From Mobula hypostoma (Eukaryota), in the NCBI RefSeq assembly GCF_963921235.1, contig NC_086108.1:107386001-107450000 (forward strand): DNA of 64,000 nt, given 5' to 3'. The notes beneath the pieces are model-generated. The model made no database searches, had not been told where the DNA came from, and was given only the letters and a program-made list of their open reading frames with translations. Positions 12,881-25,307 of the stretch are shown one piece after another. Made by a program: the position numbers and the translations under genes. The number at the start of each line of letters is the position of its first letter. Positions within the stretch are counted from its first letter, which is position 1.

Positions 12881-15145
12881 TAACCATAACCATATAACAA
12901 TTACAGCACAGAAACAGGCCATCACGACCCTTCTAGTCCATGCCAAACGTTTACTCTCACTTAGTCCCACCGACCTGCACTCAGCCCATAACCCTCCATT
13001 CCTTTCCTGTCCATATATCTATCCAATTTTACTTTAAATGACAATATCAAACCTGCCTCAACCACTTCTACTGGAAGCTCGTTCCACACAGCCACCACTC
13101 TCTGAGTAAAGAAGTTCCCCCTCATGTTACCCCTAAACTTTTGCCCTTTAACTCTCAACTCATGTCCTCTTGTTTGAATCTTCCCCACTCTCAATGGAAA
13201 AAGCCTATCCACATCAACTCTATCCATCCTCCTCATAATTTTAAATACCTGTATCAAGTCCCCCCTCAACCTTCTATGCTCCAAAGAATAAAGACCCAAC
13301 GTTCAACCTTTCTCTGGAATTTAGGTGATGAAACCCAGGTAACATTCTAGTAAATTGTCTCTGTACTCTCTCTATTTTGTTGGCATCTTTCCTATAGTTC
13401 GGTGACCAGAACTGTACACAATACTCCAAATTTGGCCTTACCAATGCCTTGTACAATTTTAACATTACATGCCAACTCCTATACTCAATGCTCTGATTTA
13501 TAAAGGCCAGTATACCAAAAGCTTTCTTCACCACCCTATCCACATGAGATTCCACCTTCAGGGAATTATGCACTATTATTCCTAGATCCCTCTGTTCTAC
13601 TGCATTCTTCAATGCCCTACCATTTACAATATATGTCCTATTTTGATTAGTCCTACCAAAATGTAGCACCTCACATTTATTAGCATTAAACTCCATCTGC
13701 CATCTGTCAGCCCACTCTTCTAACTGGCCTAAATCTCTCTGCATGCTTTGAAAACCTACCTCATTATCCACAACTTCACCTATCTTAGTATCATCTGCAT
13801 ACTTACTCATCCAATTTACCACCCCATCATCCAGATCATTAATGTATATGACAAACAACATTGGACCCAGTACAGATCCCTGAGGCACACCACCAGTCAC
13901 CGGCCTCCAATCTGACAAACAGTTATCCAACACTACTCTCTGGCATCTCCCATCCAACCACTGCTGAATCCATTTTACTACTTCAATATTAATACCTAAC
14001 GATTGAACCTTCCTAACTAACCCTCCATGTGGAACTTTGTCAAAGGCCTTACTGAAGTCCATATAGACAACAACCATCGCTTTACCCTCGTCAACTTTCC
14101 TAGTAACCTCTTCAAAAAATTCAATAAGATTTGTCAAACATGACTCTCCACACACAAATCCATGTTGACTGTTCCTAATCAGATTCTGTCTATCCAGATA
14201 TTTATATATACCAACTCTAAGGATACTTTCCATCAATTTACCCACCACTAACGTCAAACCCACGGGCCGATAATTGCTAATTTTACTCTTAAACCCTTTT
14301 TAAATAATAGAACAACATGAGCAATACGCCAGTCCTCCGACACCATCCCCGTTTCTAATGGCATTTGAAATATTTCTGTCAGAGCCCCTGCTATTTCCAC
14401 ACTAACTTACCTCAAGGTCCTAGGGAATATCCCATCAGAACCTGGAGATTTATCCACTTTTATATTCCTTAAAAGAGCCAGTACTTCCTCTTCTTTAATC
14501 ATCATAGTTTCCATAACTTCCCTATCTGTTTCCCTTACCCTACACAATTTAATATCCTTCTCCTTAGTGAATACCGAAGAAAAGAAATTGTTTAAAATCT
14601 CCCCCATCTCTTTTGGCTCCACACATAGCCATCCATTCTGATTCTCTAAGGGACCAATGTTATCCCTCACTATCCTTTTGCTATTAATATAACTGTAGAA
14701 ACCCTTTGGATTTATTTTCACCTTACTTGCCAAAGCAACCTCGTATCTTCTTTTAGCTTTTCTAATTTTTTTCTTAAGATTCCTTTTACATTCTTTATTT
14801 TCCTCGAGCACCTCGTTTACTCCATGCTGCCTATATTTATTGTAGATATCTCTCTTTAAACTTTTAACCTTTCCTTTCAACCTAACGGGAACATAAAGAT
14901 TCTGTACCCTCAAAATTTTACCTTTAAATGACCTCCACTTCTCTATTACATCCTTCCCATAAACAAATTGTCCCAATCCACTCCTTCACATCTCCTTAAA
15001 GTTAGCCTTTCTCCAATCAAAAATCTCAACCCTGGGTCCAGACCTATCCTTCTCCATAATTATATTGAAACTAATGGCATTGTGATCACTGGACCCAAAG
15101 TGCTCCCCAACACAAACCTCCGTCGCCTGACCTATCTCATTCCCA
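12881..15145 (-). mobile_element. Younger 5'-truncated CR1 LINE with a largely open RT, nested in the opposite-strand CR1
   Basis: 329-aa ORF 13274-14263 with QHGF, YMDFSKAFDKVPH, GVPQGSVLGP, YADD; flanking frameshifted ORFs 14407-14976 and 12961-13299; (TTATGG)n tail. Confidence 0.95.
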
Positions 15146-15964
15146 TGAAATAAAAAGTTGGAAAATGCATGGTCGTGCACTCTGATAGTAGAAATAAATG
15201 AGCATATTATTTTCTAAGCGGGGAGAAAATCCAAAAATCTGAGATGCAAAGGGACTTGGGGGTCCTTGTGCAGAACACCCTTGCAGGTAGGTTAACTTGC
15301 AGGTGGAGTTGGTGGTGAGGAAGGCAAATACATTGTTAGCATTCAACTCAAGAGGCCTAGAGTACAAGAGCAGGGATGTGATGCTGAGGCTTTATAAGGC
15401 ACTGGTGAGGCCTCACCTTGAGTATTATGAACAACTTTGGGCTCGTCATCTAAGAAAGGCTGTGCTGGTATTGGAGAGGGTTCAGAGGAGGTTCACAAGG
15501 ATGATTGCTGGAAGGAAATATGAGGAACATTTGATAACTCTGAGTCTGTACTAGCTGGAATTTAGAAGGATGAGGGGGGAATCTCATTGAAACCTTTCAA
15601 ATGTTTAAAGGCCTAAACAGAGTAGATGTGGAAAAGACGTTTTCCATGGCGGGGGAGTCTAGGACAAGAGGGCACAGTCTCAGGCTAGAGGGGTGTCCCT
15701 TTAAAACAGAGATGAGGAGAACTGTATAGTTTGAAGGTGGTGAATTTGTGGAATTTATTAACGCAGGCAGTTGTGGAGGCCAGGTCATTTGGTTTATTTA
15801 ATGCAGAGCTTGATAGATTTTTGATTGGATACGACATCAAATATTATAGGGAGAAAGCCAGGGAATGGGGCTGAGGAGGGGGAGAAAGGATTGGCCATGA
15901 TTGAATGGCAGACAGACTTAATGAACCAAATGGCCTAATTATGCTCCTATGTCTTATGGTCAAA

Positions 15965-17730
15965 ATCAGAATCAGAATCAAGTTTATTATCACCAGCATG
16001 TGATGTGATATTTGTTAACTTAGCAGCAGTTCAATGCAATAAATATTCTAGCAGAGAGAGAAAATAATAATAATAAATAAAATAAAAGTAATAATAATAA
16101 ATAAACAAGTAGATCAATTACAGTATATGTATATTGAATAGATTTTAAAAAACAGAAATATTGTAAAATATAGTGCAAAAACAGAAATACTGTATATTAA
16201 AAAAAAGTGAGGTCATGTCGAAAGATACAATGTCTATTTAGGAATCGGATGGCAGAGGGGAAGAAGCTGTTCCTGCATTGCTGAGTGTGTGCCTTCAGGC
16301 TTCTGTACCTCCTACCTGATGGTACCAGTGAGAAAAGGGCATGCCCTGGGTGCTGGAGGTCCTTAATAATGGACGTTGCCTTTCTGAGACACCGCTCCCT
16401 AAAGATGTCCTGGGTACTTTATAGACTAGTACCCAAGATGGAGCTGACTAGCTTTACAATCTTTTGCAGCTTCTTTCAGTCCTGTGCAGTTTAGCCCCTC
16501 CGTACCAGACAGTGATGCAGCCTGTCAGAATGCTCTCCACAGTTCAACTATAGAAGTTTTTGAGTGTATTTGTTGACATGCCAAATCGCTTCAAACTCCT
16601 AATAAAGTATAGCTGCTGTCTTGCCTTCTTTATAACTACATCAATATGTTGGGACCAGGTTAGATCCTCAGAGATCTTGACACCTGGGAACTTGAAACTG
16701 CTCACTCTCTTCACTTCTGTTCCCCCTATGTGTTCCTTTGTCTTGCCCTTCTGGAAGTCCACAATCAGCTCTTTTGTCTTACTGACGTTGAGTGCCAGGT
16801 TGTTGCTGTGGCACCACTCCACTAGTTGGCATATCTCACTCCTGTACGCCCTCTCATCACCACCTGAGATTCTACCAACAATGGTTGTATCATCAGCAAA
16901 TTTATAGATGGTATTTGAGCTATGCCTAGCCACACAGTCATGTGTATATATAGAGTAGAGCAGTGGGCTAAGCACACACACCTGAGGTGCCCCAGCGTTG
17001 AACATCAGCGAGGAGGATATGTTATCACCAATCCACACAGACTGTGGTCTTCCAGTTAGGAAGTCAAGGATCCTATTCCAGAGGGAGGAACAGAGGCCAA
17101 AGTTCAGCAACCTCTCAATCAGGATTGTGGGAATGATGGTATTAAATGCTGAGCTATAGTCAATGATCAGCATCCTGACGTACGTGTTTGTCTGGTCCAG
17201 GTGTCTAAAGTCATGTGGAGAGCCATTGAGATTGCATCTACCATTGACCTATTGTGGCGATAGGCAAATTGCAGTGGGTCCAGGTCCTTGCTGAGGCAGG
17301 AGTTCAGTCTAGTCATGACCAACCTCTCAAAGCATTTCATCACTGTCGATGTGAGTGCTACCGGGCGATAGTCATTAAGGCAGCTCACATTATTCTTCTT
17401 AGGCACTGGTATAATTGTTGCCTTTTTGAAACAAGTGGGAACTTCCACCCGTAGCAGTGAGAGGTTGAAAATGTCCTTGAATACTCCCACCAGTTGGTTG
17501 GTACAGGTTTTCAGAGCCTTACAAGGTACTCCATTGGGACCTTCCACCTTGTGAGGGTTCACTCTCTTTAAAGACAGCCTAACATCGGTCTCTGAGACAG
17601 AGATCACAGGGTCATCAGGTGCAGCAGGGATCTTCACAGCTGTAGTTGTGTTCTCCCTTTCAAAGTGTGCATAGAAGGCATTGAGTTCATCTGGTAGCAA
17701 AGCATCACTGCCATTCTTGATATTGGATCT
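15965..17730 (-). mobile_element. Rex1/Babar-type LINE, 5'-truncated, frameshifted RT
   Basis: LNDYRPVALTSTVMKCFERLV...LDPLQFAYR (17167-17700) and DYSSAFNTI...GAPQ...KFADDTT (16544-17173); (GATTCT)n tail. Confidence 0.95.
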
Positions 17731-19007
17731 TATATGGAAGATAACTATAATGAATGTCCCTTAAAGCAAGGATGTCCCAATTCTCCACCTTCCCTTGGCT
17801 ACCATTGCCCCATCAATGCAGTCTGAGCATATAAACAAAAAACAGAAGGAAAAGGCCATTCAGCTCCTCCTATCTACTGTGTTATCCATTAAGATCATGG
17901 CACCACTTTCCTGCACCTAATGCTGATACCTACCATTAAGATTCCGATTCACATTCAGATTTATTTATCACATATACATCGAAACCTGGAGGCAAATGTA
18001 TCATCTGGGTTAACAACCAACACAGCTTAAAGATTGCTTGGAGCAGCGTGCAAGTTTCGCTACACATTCCAGCACCATCGTAGCCTGCCTATGACGTTCA
18101 GCAGAACAACACAAGCAACAGAAGCAACACAACAACAGCAACAAAACAGAACAACAGAAAAGCAAGCCCCTTTCCACACACACAACACACTCACACACAC
18201 ACACACCCCTCCAACCATAGGATAAGCCACTTCTGGGCCTGTAACCTCTAGTGGACTTGTGGACTCACAGACAGCAGGCCTCTGCTCTGACATCCCCTGT
18301 ATCACAGTATCATATGTCGGACCCGTAAGTGTCACCAAAAATGGCTACAGAGCCATTTCTAGGCAGTGACTGGTGTAAGCTTTTCCACTGATAAATCTGG
18401 TTCATCAGTGATTTAAAATGGGAGCTGAGGGGGTACTTTCATCAGCCAGAGGGTGGGGGATAAATGGAGCTAGCTGCCAGAGAAAGTGGTAGATGCTGGA
18501 TCAACAAGAATGTTGAAAATAAATTTGGATAAGTGCATGGATAGGAAACGTTAGAAAGCCAAGTGCATGCAAGTGGGATGGGTTTGGTGGGTACTATGGC
18601 AGACATGGACACGTTTCTGTCTGTTTCACTGTATGACTCTACGATTCTAATTTGAATAGCTGTGCGCAGAGTGGAATGGATCATGAAACATCTGCAGGTG
18701 CTGGGCACCTGAAACGAAACGGGAAATGCTGGAACCACTCATCAACAGGTCAGGCAGCTTCTGTGGAGAGAGAATCAGTCCACTTTGCAAGTCTTCATCA
18801 GTAATGGGAAAGAAAGAGTTGGATCTTGAACAGGCAGCTACATGAATAAGAAGATAATGGAGGCATATGAATGTCACACGGGAGGTGGATATTAAATATA
18901 ACCTGGCATCAAGATCGGCAAACATCATGGGCCAATTTACCTGTCTAGAGACTGAAGATTAAGGAGATAAGTAGTGCAATCACTTGAATTGAGAATAATG
19001 TTCTCAT

Positions 19008-19245
19008 ACTTACTGACTTCAGACTATCACCTCTACCAGGTCAAAGGCCACTGACAGCAGCTGCCAGATTGTTCTGTCCTGGGTCAGTCTTTCAAATTGT
19101 TCCCAGGTGTAGCCTATCTTCAAAGATCCTTCCTCTCCCAGGGATGAGGAATTTGGAGCCTCTGCTGGCATTTCTGGAGCTCTGTGTTTTTACAGGATGG
19201 GGTTGCTAACCCCATGCCTACCTTTTGCAGCCAGACTTGGGAACA
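19008..19245 (-). mobile_element. Short RTE-tailed retroposon (family B), 5' end cut by a Rex1 insertion
   Basis: Homologous to 51569-51778 (GGCATGGGG.TAGCAACC.CATCC; CCCAGGACAGA; AAGT-type tail). Confidence 0.7.
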
Positions 19246-19246
19246 T

Positions 19247-20003
19247 CAGATCAGAATCAGGTTTAGTATCACTGCTGTACTATATGTCATGAAATCTGTT
19301 GAGCTCGTGGCAGCAGTGCAATCCAATACATCATAATAGAGGAAAAAAACGTCAATTACAGCAAGTATATATATGTTAAACAGTTAAATTAAATAAATAG
19401 TGCAAAAATAGAAATTAAGAAGTAGTGAGGTAGTGTTCATGGGTTCAGTGTCCATTCTGAAAATGGATGGCAGAGGGGAAGAAGTTGTTCCTGTAACATT
19501 GAATGTGTCTTCAGGCTTCTGTACCTCCTCCCTGATGGCAGCAATGAGAACAAGGCATGGCCTGGGTGATGGGGGTCCTTAATGATGGACAGCACCTTTT
19601 TGAGGTATCACTCCCTGAAGATGTCCTGGATACCATGGAGGCTAGTGCCCATGATGGAGCTGACTAAGTTTACAACGTTCTGGAGCTTACTTCAATCATG
19701 TGCAGTACCCCCTGCCCCCATACCAGATGGAGATGCAGCCAGTAAGAACGCTCTCCACAGTACACCTGTAGAAATCTGCAAGTGTTCTTGGTGACATACC
19801 AAATCTCGTCATCCTCGGAATGAAGTATAGCCGGTGTTGTGCTTTCTTTGTAGCTGCATCGATATGTTGGTTCCCGGATAGATCCTCAGAGGAACTGACA
19901 TCCAGGAACTTGAAATTGCTCACTCTCTCCACTTCTGATCCCTCTATGAGGACAAGTGTGTGTTCCCTCGTCTCCGCAATCAGTTCTTTGGCCTTACTGA
20001 GGT
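19247..20003 (-). mobile_element. Rex1-type LINE 3' fragment
   Basis: ORF 19696-19932 ERVSNFKFL...KKAQHRLYF...CTVESVLTGCISIWYG. Confidence 0.85.
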
Positions 20004-20907
20004 TGTGTCCACGGCAGAGTTATGTTGTTCTCATAGCAAGCTGACTGTGAGCAGGTTCTCAGGTGGCTGTAAAGTCTGATCGGGGATGCACATATTCTGA
20101 TACAATGTGCGCAATGTGGTAGCAGTGGTTAGTGGTTGGGTAGTTGCAGCTACTGCTAAAGATATTAGCTTCATTTGTCACGTGCATATAGAACAAAAGT
20201 GAAATATGTCATCTGCATCAAAGACCACCACAATCCAAATATATATTGCAGGCAAATCACAAGTGTCACTATATTTCTGGTGACAACCATGCCCACATCT
20301 TAAGAACTAGGTTTCTGATTAGTCAGAGTGTCAAAGGTTATGGGTGAAGGCTGGAGGATGGGGTTGAGAGGGAAAATAAATCAGCCATAATGGAATGGTG
20401 GAGCAGACTCGATGGGCCGAATGGCCTAACTCTACTCCTATGTCTTATAGCCTTATGGTCTTAATTCACTAACCCTAACCCAAACATCTTTGGGATATGG
20501 GAAAAAAACTAAAGTATCCAGAGGAAACCCACTCAGTCATGGGGAGAACTTACAAATTCCTTACCGACAGCGGCCGGAATTGAATCCCGATCTTCCTATT
20601 ACTGATGCTGTAAAATGTTATATACGGCACAAACTTCTTACAGACATGGTTGAGTTGAACCCAGGTCACTGGCACTGTGAAGCGTTACACCAACCGCTAC
20701 ACTACAATGCGCCCAGTATAGCAGCAGTACTGTACTGTTGTGCAGCTGAATAACTCTACACCCCGGCTTGCCAATGGCCTTTGAGTGATATGGACCATCG
20801 AAGACACTTATTGCATGCAAATATGAGAGTTTGTTTATAATTAAGCCGTACGCCAAGCATTGTAAGTATCTGTTTTTGCACCAATTGAAGTAGCATGGGA
20901 CCGCGTC

Positions 20908-21172
20908 TGCAGTGTAGTGTAGTGGTTAGCACAATGCTTTACAGTACAGGCAACCCAAGTTCAGTTCCCTCCGCTGCCTATAAGGAGATTGTAAGTTCTC
21001 TCCGTGATCACATGTGCTTTTTTACTCGGTACTCCAGTTTCCTCCCACAGTCCAAAGACCTACCAGTTGGTAGGGTTAGATCAGGCTGGGATTAAATCAG
21101 GAATAACTGAGCGGCATGGCTTAAACAGCCAGAAGGGCTTATTCTGTGCTGTACCTCAATAAATAAATAAAT
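20908..21172 (+). mobile_element. HE1/V-SINE-like SINE
   Basis: TAGTGGTTAGC head, V-domain TTTCCTCCCACAGTCCAAAGAC, (TAAA)n tail. Confidence 0.75.
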
Positions 21173-21927
21173 AATCTGATTGTCTTGAGCAATGGTAATG
21201 AAGTTCTATTCTATTCTATTCCAAGTTCTTAAACTGGCTCTGTTCAGCAATTAGTTCACTGCCATGTTCTGTTTACCTTCTCTGACAAGGTGTCAGCTCA
21301 TGGGTATGTGAAAGGTGCTGTCTGAAGGCAACTTATTTTCCACCTTGCGACTGGAGTCGCGCTTACACACTTTGCTTTGCTTCTCGCACGTCAGCTATGA
21401 TTATCTCACTGTCTCTTTTACCTATTAGCTGCCTGCAATCTTTTCTCCTCACTCTTCCTCTTGGGCTGCTGTGAAAATCCTTTGTGCAAAAATTACAGTT
21501 TTGGGATGTGGTAAATCACAACATGATTTCCAGTGAACAGAGAGAAAAAAAATGTTGTAAACCATCCTGGAACATAGTGCTGGAGGGTATTTACTGATTT
21601 TCCATGTTGAAATTGTGCGGGCTACTATTTCTTGAAGTACATTTCTAAATCATAAATCAGTCATAAATGTTGATACTGTATATCCTGAACTCTGAAAGGA
21701 TTAGAAGGTGGTCATAGATGAAATAAATGAAGTTCAGATATCAACAGCTAACCATGCAACCTTCAATATTCAGATTCAATCATTCATTACACACACACAC
21801 AAACAGAAAGTGAAACGCATCATTTGCATTAACAATGAACACAAGCTAAGGATGTTCTAGGGGCAGCCCGCGAGTGTCACCTACACAGCTTGTCCACTGT
21901 GCTCGGCAGAACGTAGAACAAAGCACA

Positions 21928-22476
21928 ACACTTGTAAATTTGTACAGCTGTACCGTGGAGAGCATTCTGTCTGGTTGCATTGCCGCCTGGTGTGTGTGTG
22001 GCAGGGGTGGGTGGGGAACTACCGCACAGGGTCAAAATAAACTGCGGCGAGTTGTTAAATTAGTCCACTTCATCATGGGTACTAGCCTCCGCAGTATCCA
22101 AAACATCTTCAAGGAGCGGTGTCTGAGAAAGGCGGTGCCCATCACGAAGGACCCCACAATCCCCACCCAGGACATGCCTCTTCTCATTGCTAACATCAGG
22201 GACAAGGTACAAAAGCCCAAAGGCACACACTCAACAATTCAGGAACAGCTTCTTCCCCTCTGCCAGCTGATTTCTGAATGGACATTGAACCCATGAACAC
22301 TACCGCACTACTTTCTATTTCTGTGTCTGTAGCTACTTATTTAATTTAATTGTGATATATACTTACTGCCATTTACAGTTCTTTTCTATATTATCATGTA
22401 TTGCATTGTACTGCTACTGCAAATTTAACAAATTTCATGACATTTGTCAGTGACATTAAACCTGATTCTGATTCAG
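21928..22476 (+). mobile_element. Rex1-type LINE 3' fragment
   Basis: LYSCTVESILSGCIAAW...CLRKAVPITKDP; CTGATTCTGATT tail. Confidence 0.8.
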
Positions 22477-25126
22477 AACGAGCAACAGAACAACAGCAAA
22501 ACAAGCCCCTCTCCTCCCTCCCATTCATCTACACATATGGACAGTCCTCCAATCAGCCTTTGGAATTTGACCTTCAACATTGACCTCTGGACTAGCCGAT
22601 GTCGGCAGCCCGGACTCCAGGCTCACCGACTGACCGGACATCATGCCTCCTCATGCCTCCTCTTTGCATAGGGACAGCTCAACATCCATAAATGTCCTTC
22701 ATCACCTACATATCTACATAAGCCTGTAGAACATAGCTAATGGGTTTATGATTGACTAAATCTTTTACAGAAAGACTTGATCATTCAAAATCCAATTATA
22801 GTCATTGAGCCCTCTGGCCCAATTCATCCATGCTGATCAAGATGCCCAATTCGTCCATGCTGACCTCTATCTTCCTCCATCTAAAGTTCAGGTCCAGTTT
22901 AATTTTAGTTTATTGTCACTTACCACACCCATGTAAACCACCAGATGAAACAATGTTCCTCCAGACCAAGATGCACAACTCAGTACATATAACTCATACA
23001 CACAACCGGAGAAGTAATATTACCTCAAATAAATTAACATTTAGTGACACAAATTAGTAAGTAAACAGTATAATGGTGCTAGCACATCATATGTGGTGAG
23101 ACCTGGGTGAAGGCAGGGAGTTCAGTAGCCTTACAGACTGGGGGAAGAAGCCATTTTGGAAGGTTCCTGCCCTTTTCTTTCCAATCCTAATGAAGAGACT
23201 TTGTCCAAAACATCAACACTTTTCTCCTCATCAAAGAATCTGCCTGACCTGCTGAGTTCCTCCAGCAATTTGTCTGTTTTACTTTGGACTTCCAGCATCT
23301 GCAGAATCTCTTGTGTTAATGATTGTAGCTTAATGCTGTTGTTCTTTGGAAATCCTGATGTATTCAGTGTCTGGTTCTCTCATTAGTCTGGAATGTGAGC
23401 TGGAGATCCCAAGTGCAAGTGGGGAATTCGAAGCACACACAAAATGCTGGGGCAAACTCAGCTGCTAGGCAGGATCTATGGAAAAGAGTAAACAGTCGAC
23501 GTTTCAATATGAGGCTCTTCATCGGGACTAGAAAAAGAATGAAGTGTCTTGGGCCAAAACATCGACAGTTTATGCTTTGGTTTCCAGTACCTGCAGATTT
23601 TCTCTTGTTGAGGAATTTGGCTGTGGCTGAGATCGATGGAGTGTGGAACACCAGAGTCAGGAATGCAGGTAGGTTTGTAGCCAGAGCCAGATCCTGCTGT
23701 GCTTGGATATTTCTTTCTACACCTACACTGAGTCTGATAGACCAGCTTGCATTTCTCAGATGGAAGAGTCACAATTTTCCCACCCAACCATCCTCCTGTC
23801 CTGAGAAAATGATCCAAGAGTGCTGGTATAAAACATCAATTTCTTTAACTTCCGGTAATTTTTCCTCCCTCCTTCTTCTCTCTTTTCCCATTCTCATTCT
23901 GGCTTTCTTCTGATAGTTCCTCTTCTCCTTACCTGCCCATTGTTTCACTATGGTGCCCCTCCACCTTCTCTTTCTCCCATGATCCACTCTTCTCCCTTGA
24001 CAGATTCCTTCTTCTTCAGCCCGTTACCTCTTCCACCTCTCACCTCCCAGCTTCTTACTTCATACACCTCTGCCCCACCCAGCTACTTTCCCTCTCACCT
24101 GCCAGCTTATCTTCCTTCTTCCCCCACCCCACGCCTTGCTACTTGAGCTTCTTCCCCCTTCATTTCCAGATCTGATAAGACCATAAGAACATAAGACACA
24201 GGAGCAGAATTACACCATTCAGCCCATCGAGTCTGCTCTGCTATTCCATCGTGGCTGATCCCAGATCCCAGTCAAACCTATACACTGGCCTTCTCGCCAT
24301 ATCCTTTGATGCCCTTTGATCGGGAAACGATCAACTTCTGCCTTAAACATACACACGGACTTGGCCTCCACCACAGTCTGCAGCAGAGAATTCCACAGAT
24401 TTACTACTCTCTGGTTAAAAATAATCCTCCTTACCTCGGTTCTAAGGGGTTGCTCCTCAATTTTGAGGCTGTGCTCTCTAGTGTTAGATAACCCCACAAC
24501 AGGAAACATCTTTTCCACATCCGTCCTATCTAGTCCTTTCAATATCCGGTAGATTTCAATGAGATCCCCCTGCATTCTTCTAAATCCCAGTGGCTACAAG
24601 CCCAAAACTGCCAAACCCTCCTCATTATGTTAAACCCTTCATTCTCGGAATCATCCTTGTGAACCTCTTCTTGAGTCTCTCCAATGACAACACACCCTTT
24701 CTGAGATATGGGGCCCAAAGCTGTTGATAATACTCCAAGTGCAACCTGACTTGTGTCTTATAAAGGCTCTGGCATTATCTCCTTGCTTTTATATTCTATT
24801 CCCATTGAAATAAATGCCAACATTGCATTTGCTTTCATTTCCACAGACTCAACCTGTAAATTAACCTTCTGGGTGTCTTGCACAAGGACTTCCAATCCCC
24901 CTGCACATCTGATGTTTGAATCTTCTCCCTATTTAGATTATAGTCTGCACAACTGTTCCTTTTACTAAAATGCGTTATCATACATTTCCCAACACTGCAT
25001 TCCATCTGCCACATTTTTGCCCTTTTTTCCGATTTGTCTAAGTCCTGCTCCTCAGTAGTACTTCCCCTCCACCTATCTTCATATCATCTGCAAATTTTAC
25101 CACAAAGCCATCAATTCCATTATCTA

Positions 25127-25307
25127 CGCAAACACGAGGAAATCTGCAGATGCTGGAATTTCAAGCAACACACGTAAAAGCTGCTGGTGAACGCAGCAGG
25201 CAAAGCAGCATCTCTAGGAAGAGGTACAGTCGACGTTTCGGGCAGAGACCCTTCGTCAGGACTAACTGAAAGATGAGCTAGTAAGAGATTTGTAAGTGGG
25301 AGGGGGG
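25127..25307 (-). mobile_element. Penelope-like element terminal-repeat insertion with 10-bp TSD
   Basis: TSD CCATTATCTA at 25117-25126 and 25308-25317; insert matches the terminal repeat at about 36100-36276. Confidence 0.9.
25228..25263 (-). ncRNA. Minimal type I hammerhead ribozyme, core intact
   Basis: Reverse strand AGTC-CTGACGA-A-GGG TCTCTG CCC-GAAAC-GTC-GACT. Confidence 0.85.

Larger units (their letters stand above)
10530..15962 (+). mobile_element. Decayed near-full CR1 LINE (ORF1 SGNH-esterase-like, EN, RT, 3' UTR) split by nested elements
   Basis: ORF1 LPVPHVSEGRN...FRFLDHWDLFWGR...DGLHLN; EN LKVLYLNAQNIRN; RT CRPVSLTSVVGK; resumes near 15150 with LYKALVRPHLEY; tail CTTATGGTC. 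Confidence 0.9.

Noticed and set aside
13274..14263. 329-aa ORF as a host gene
   Set aside because: It is CR1 reverse transcriptase, flanked by frameshifted fragments of the same element.
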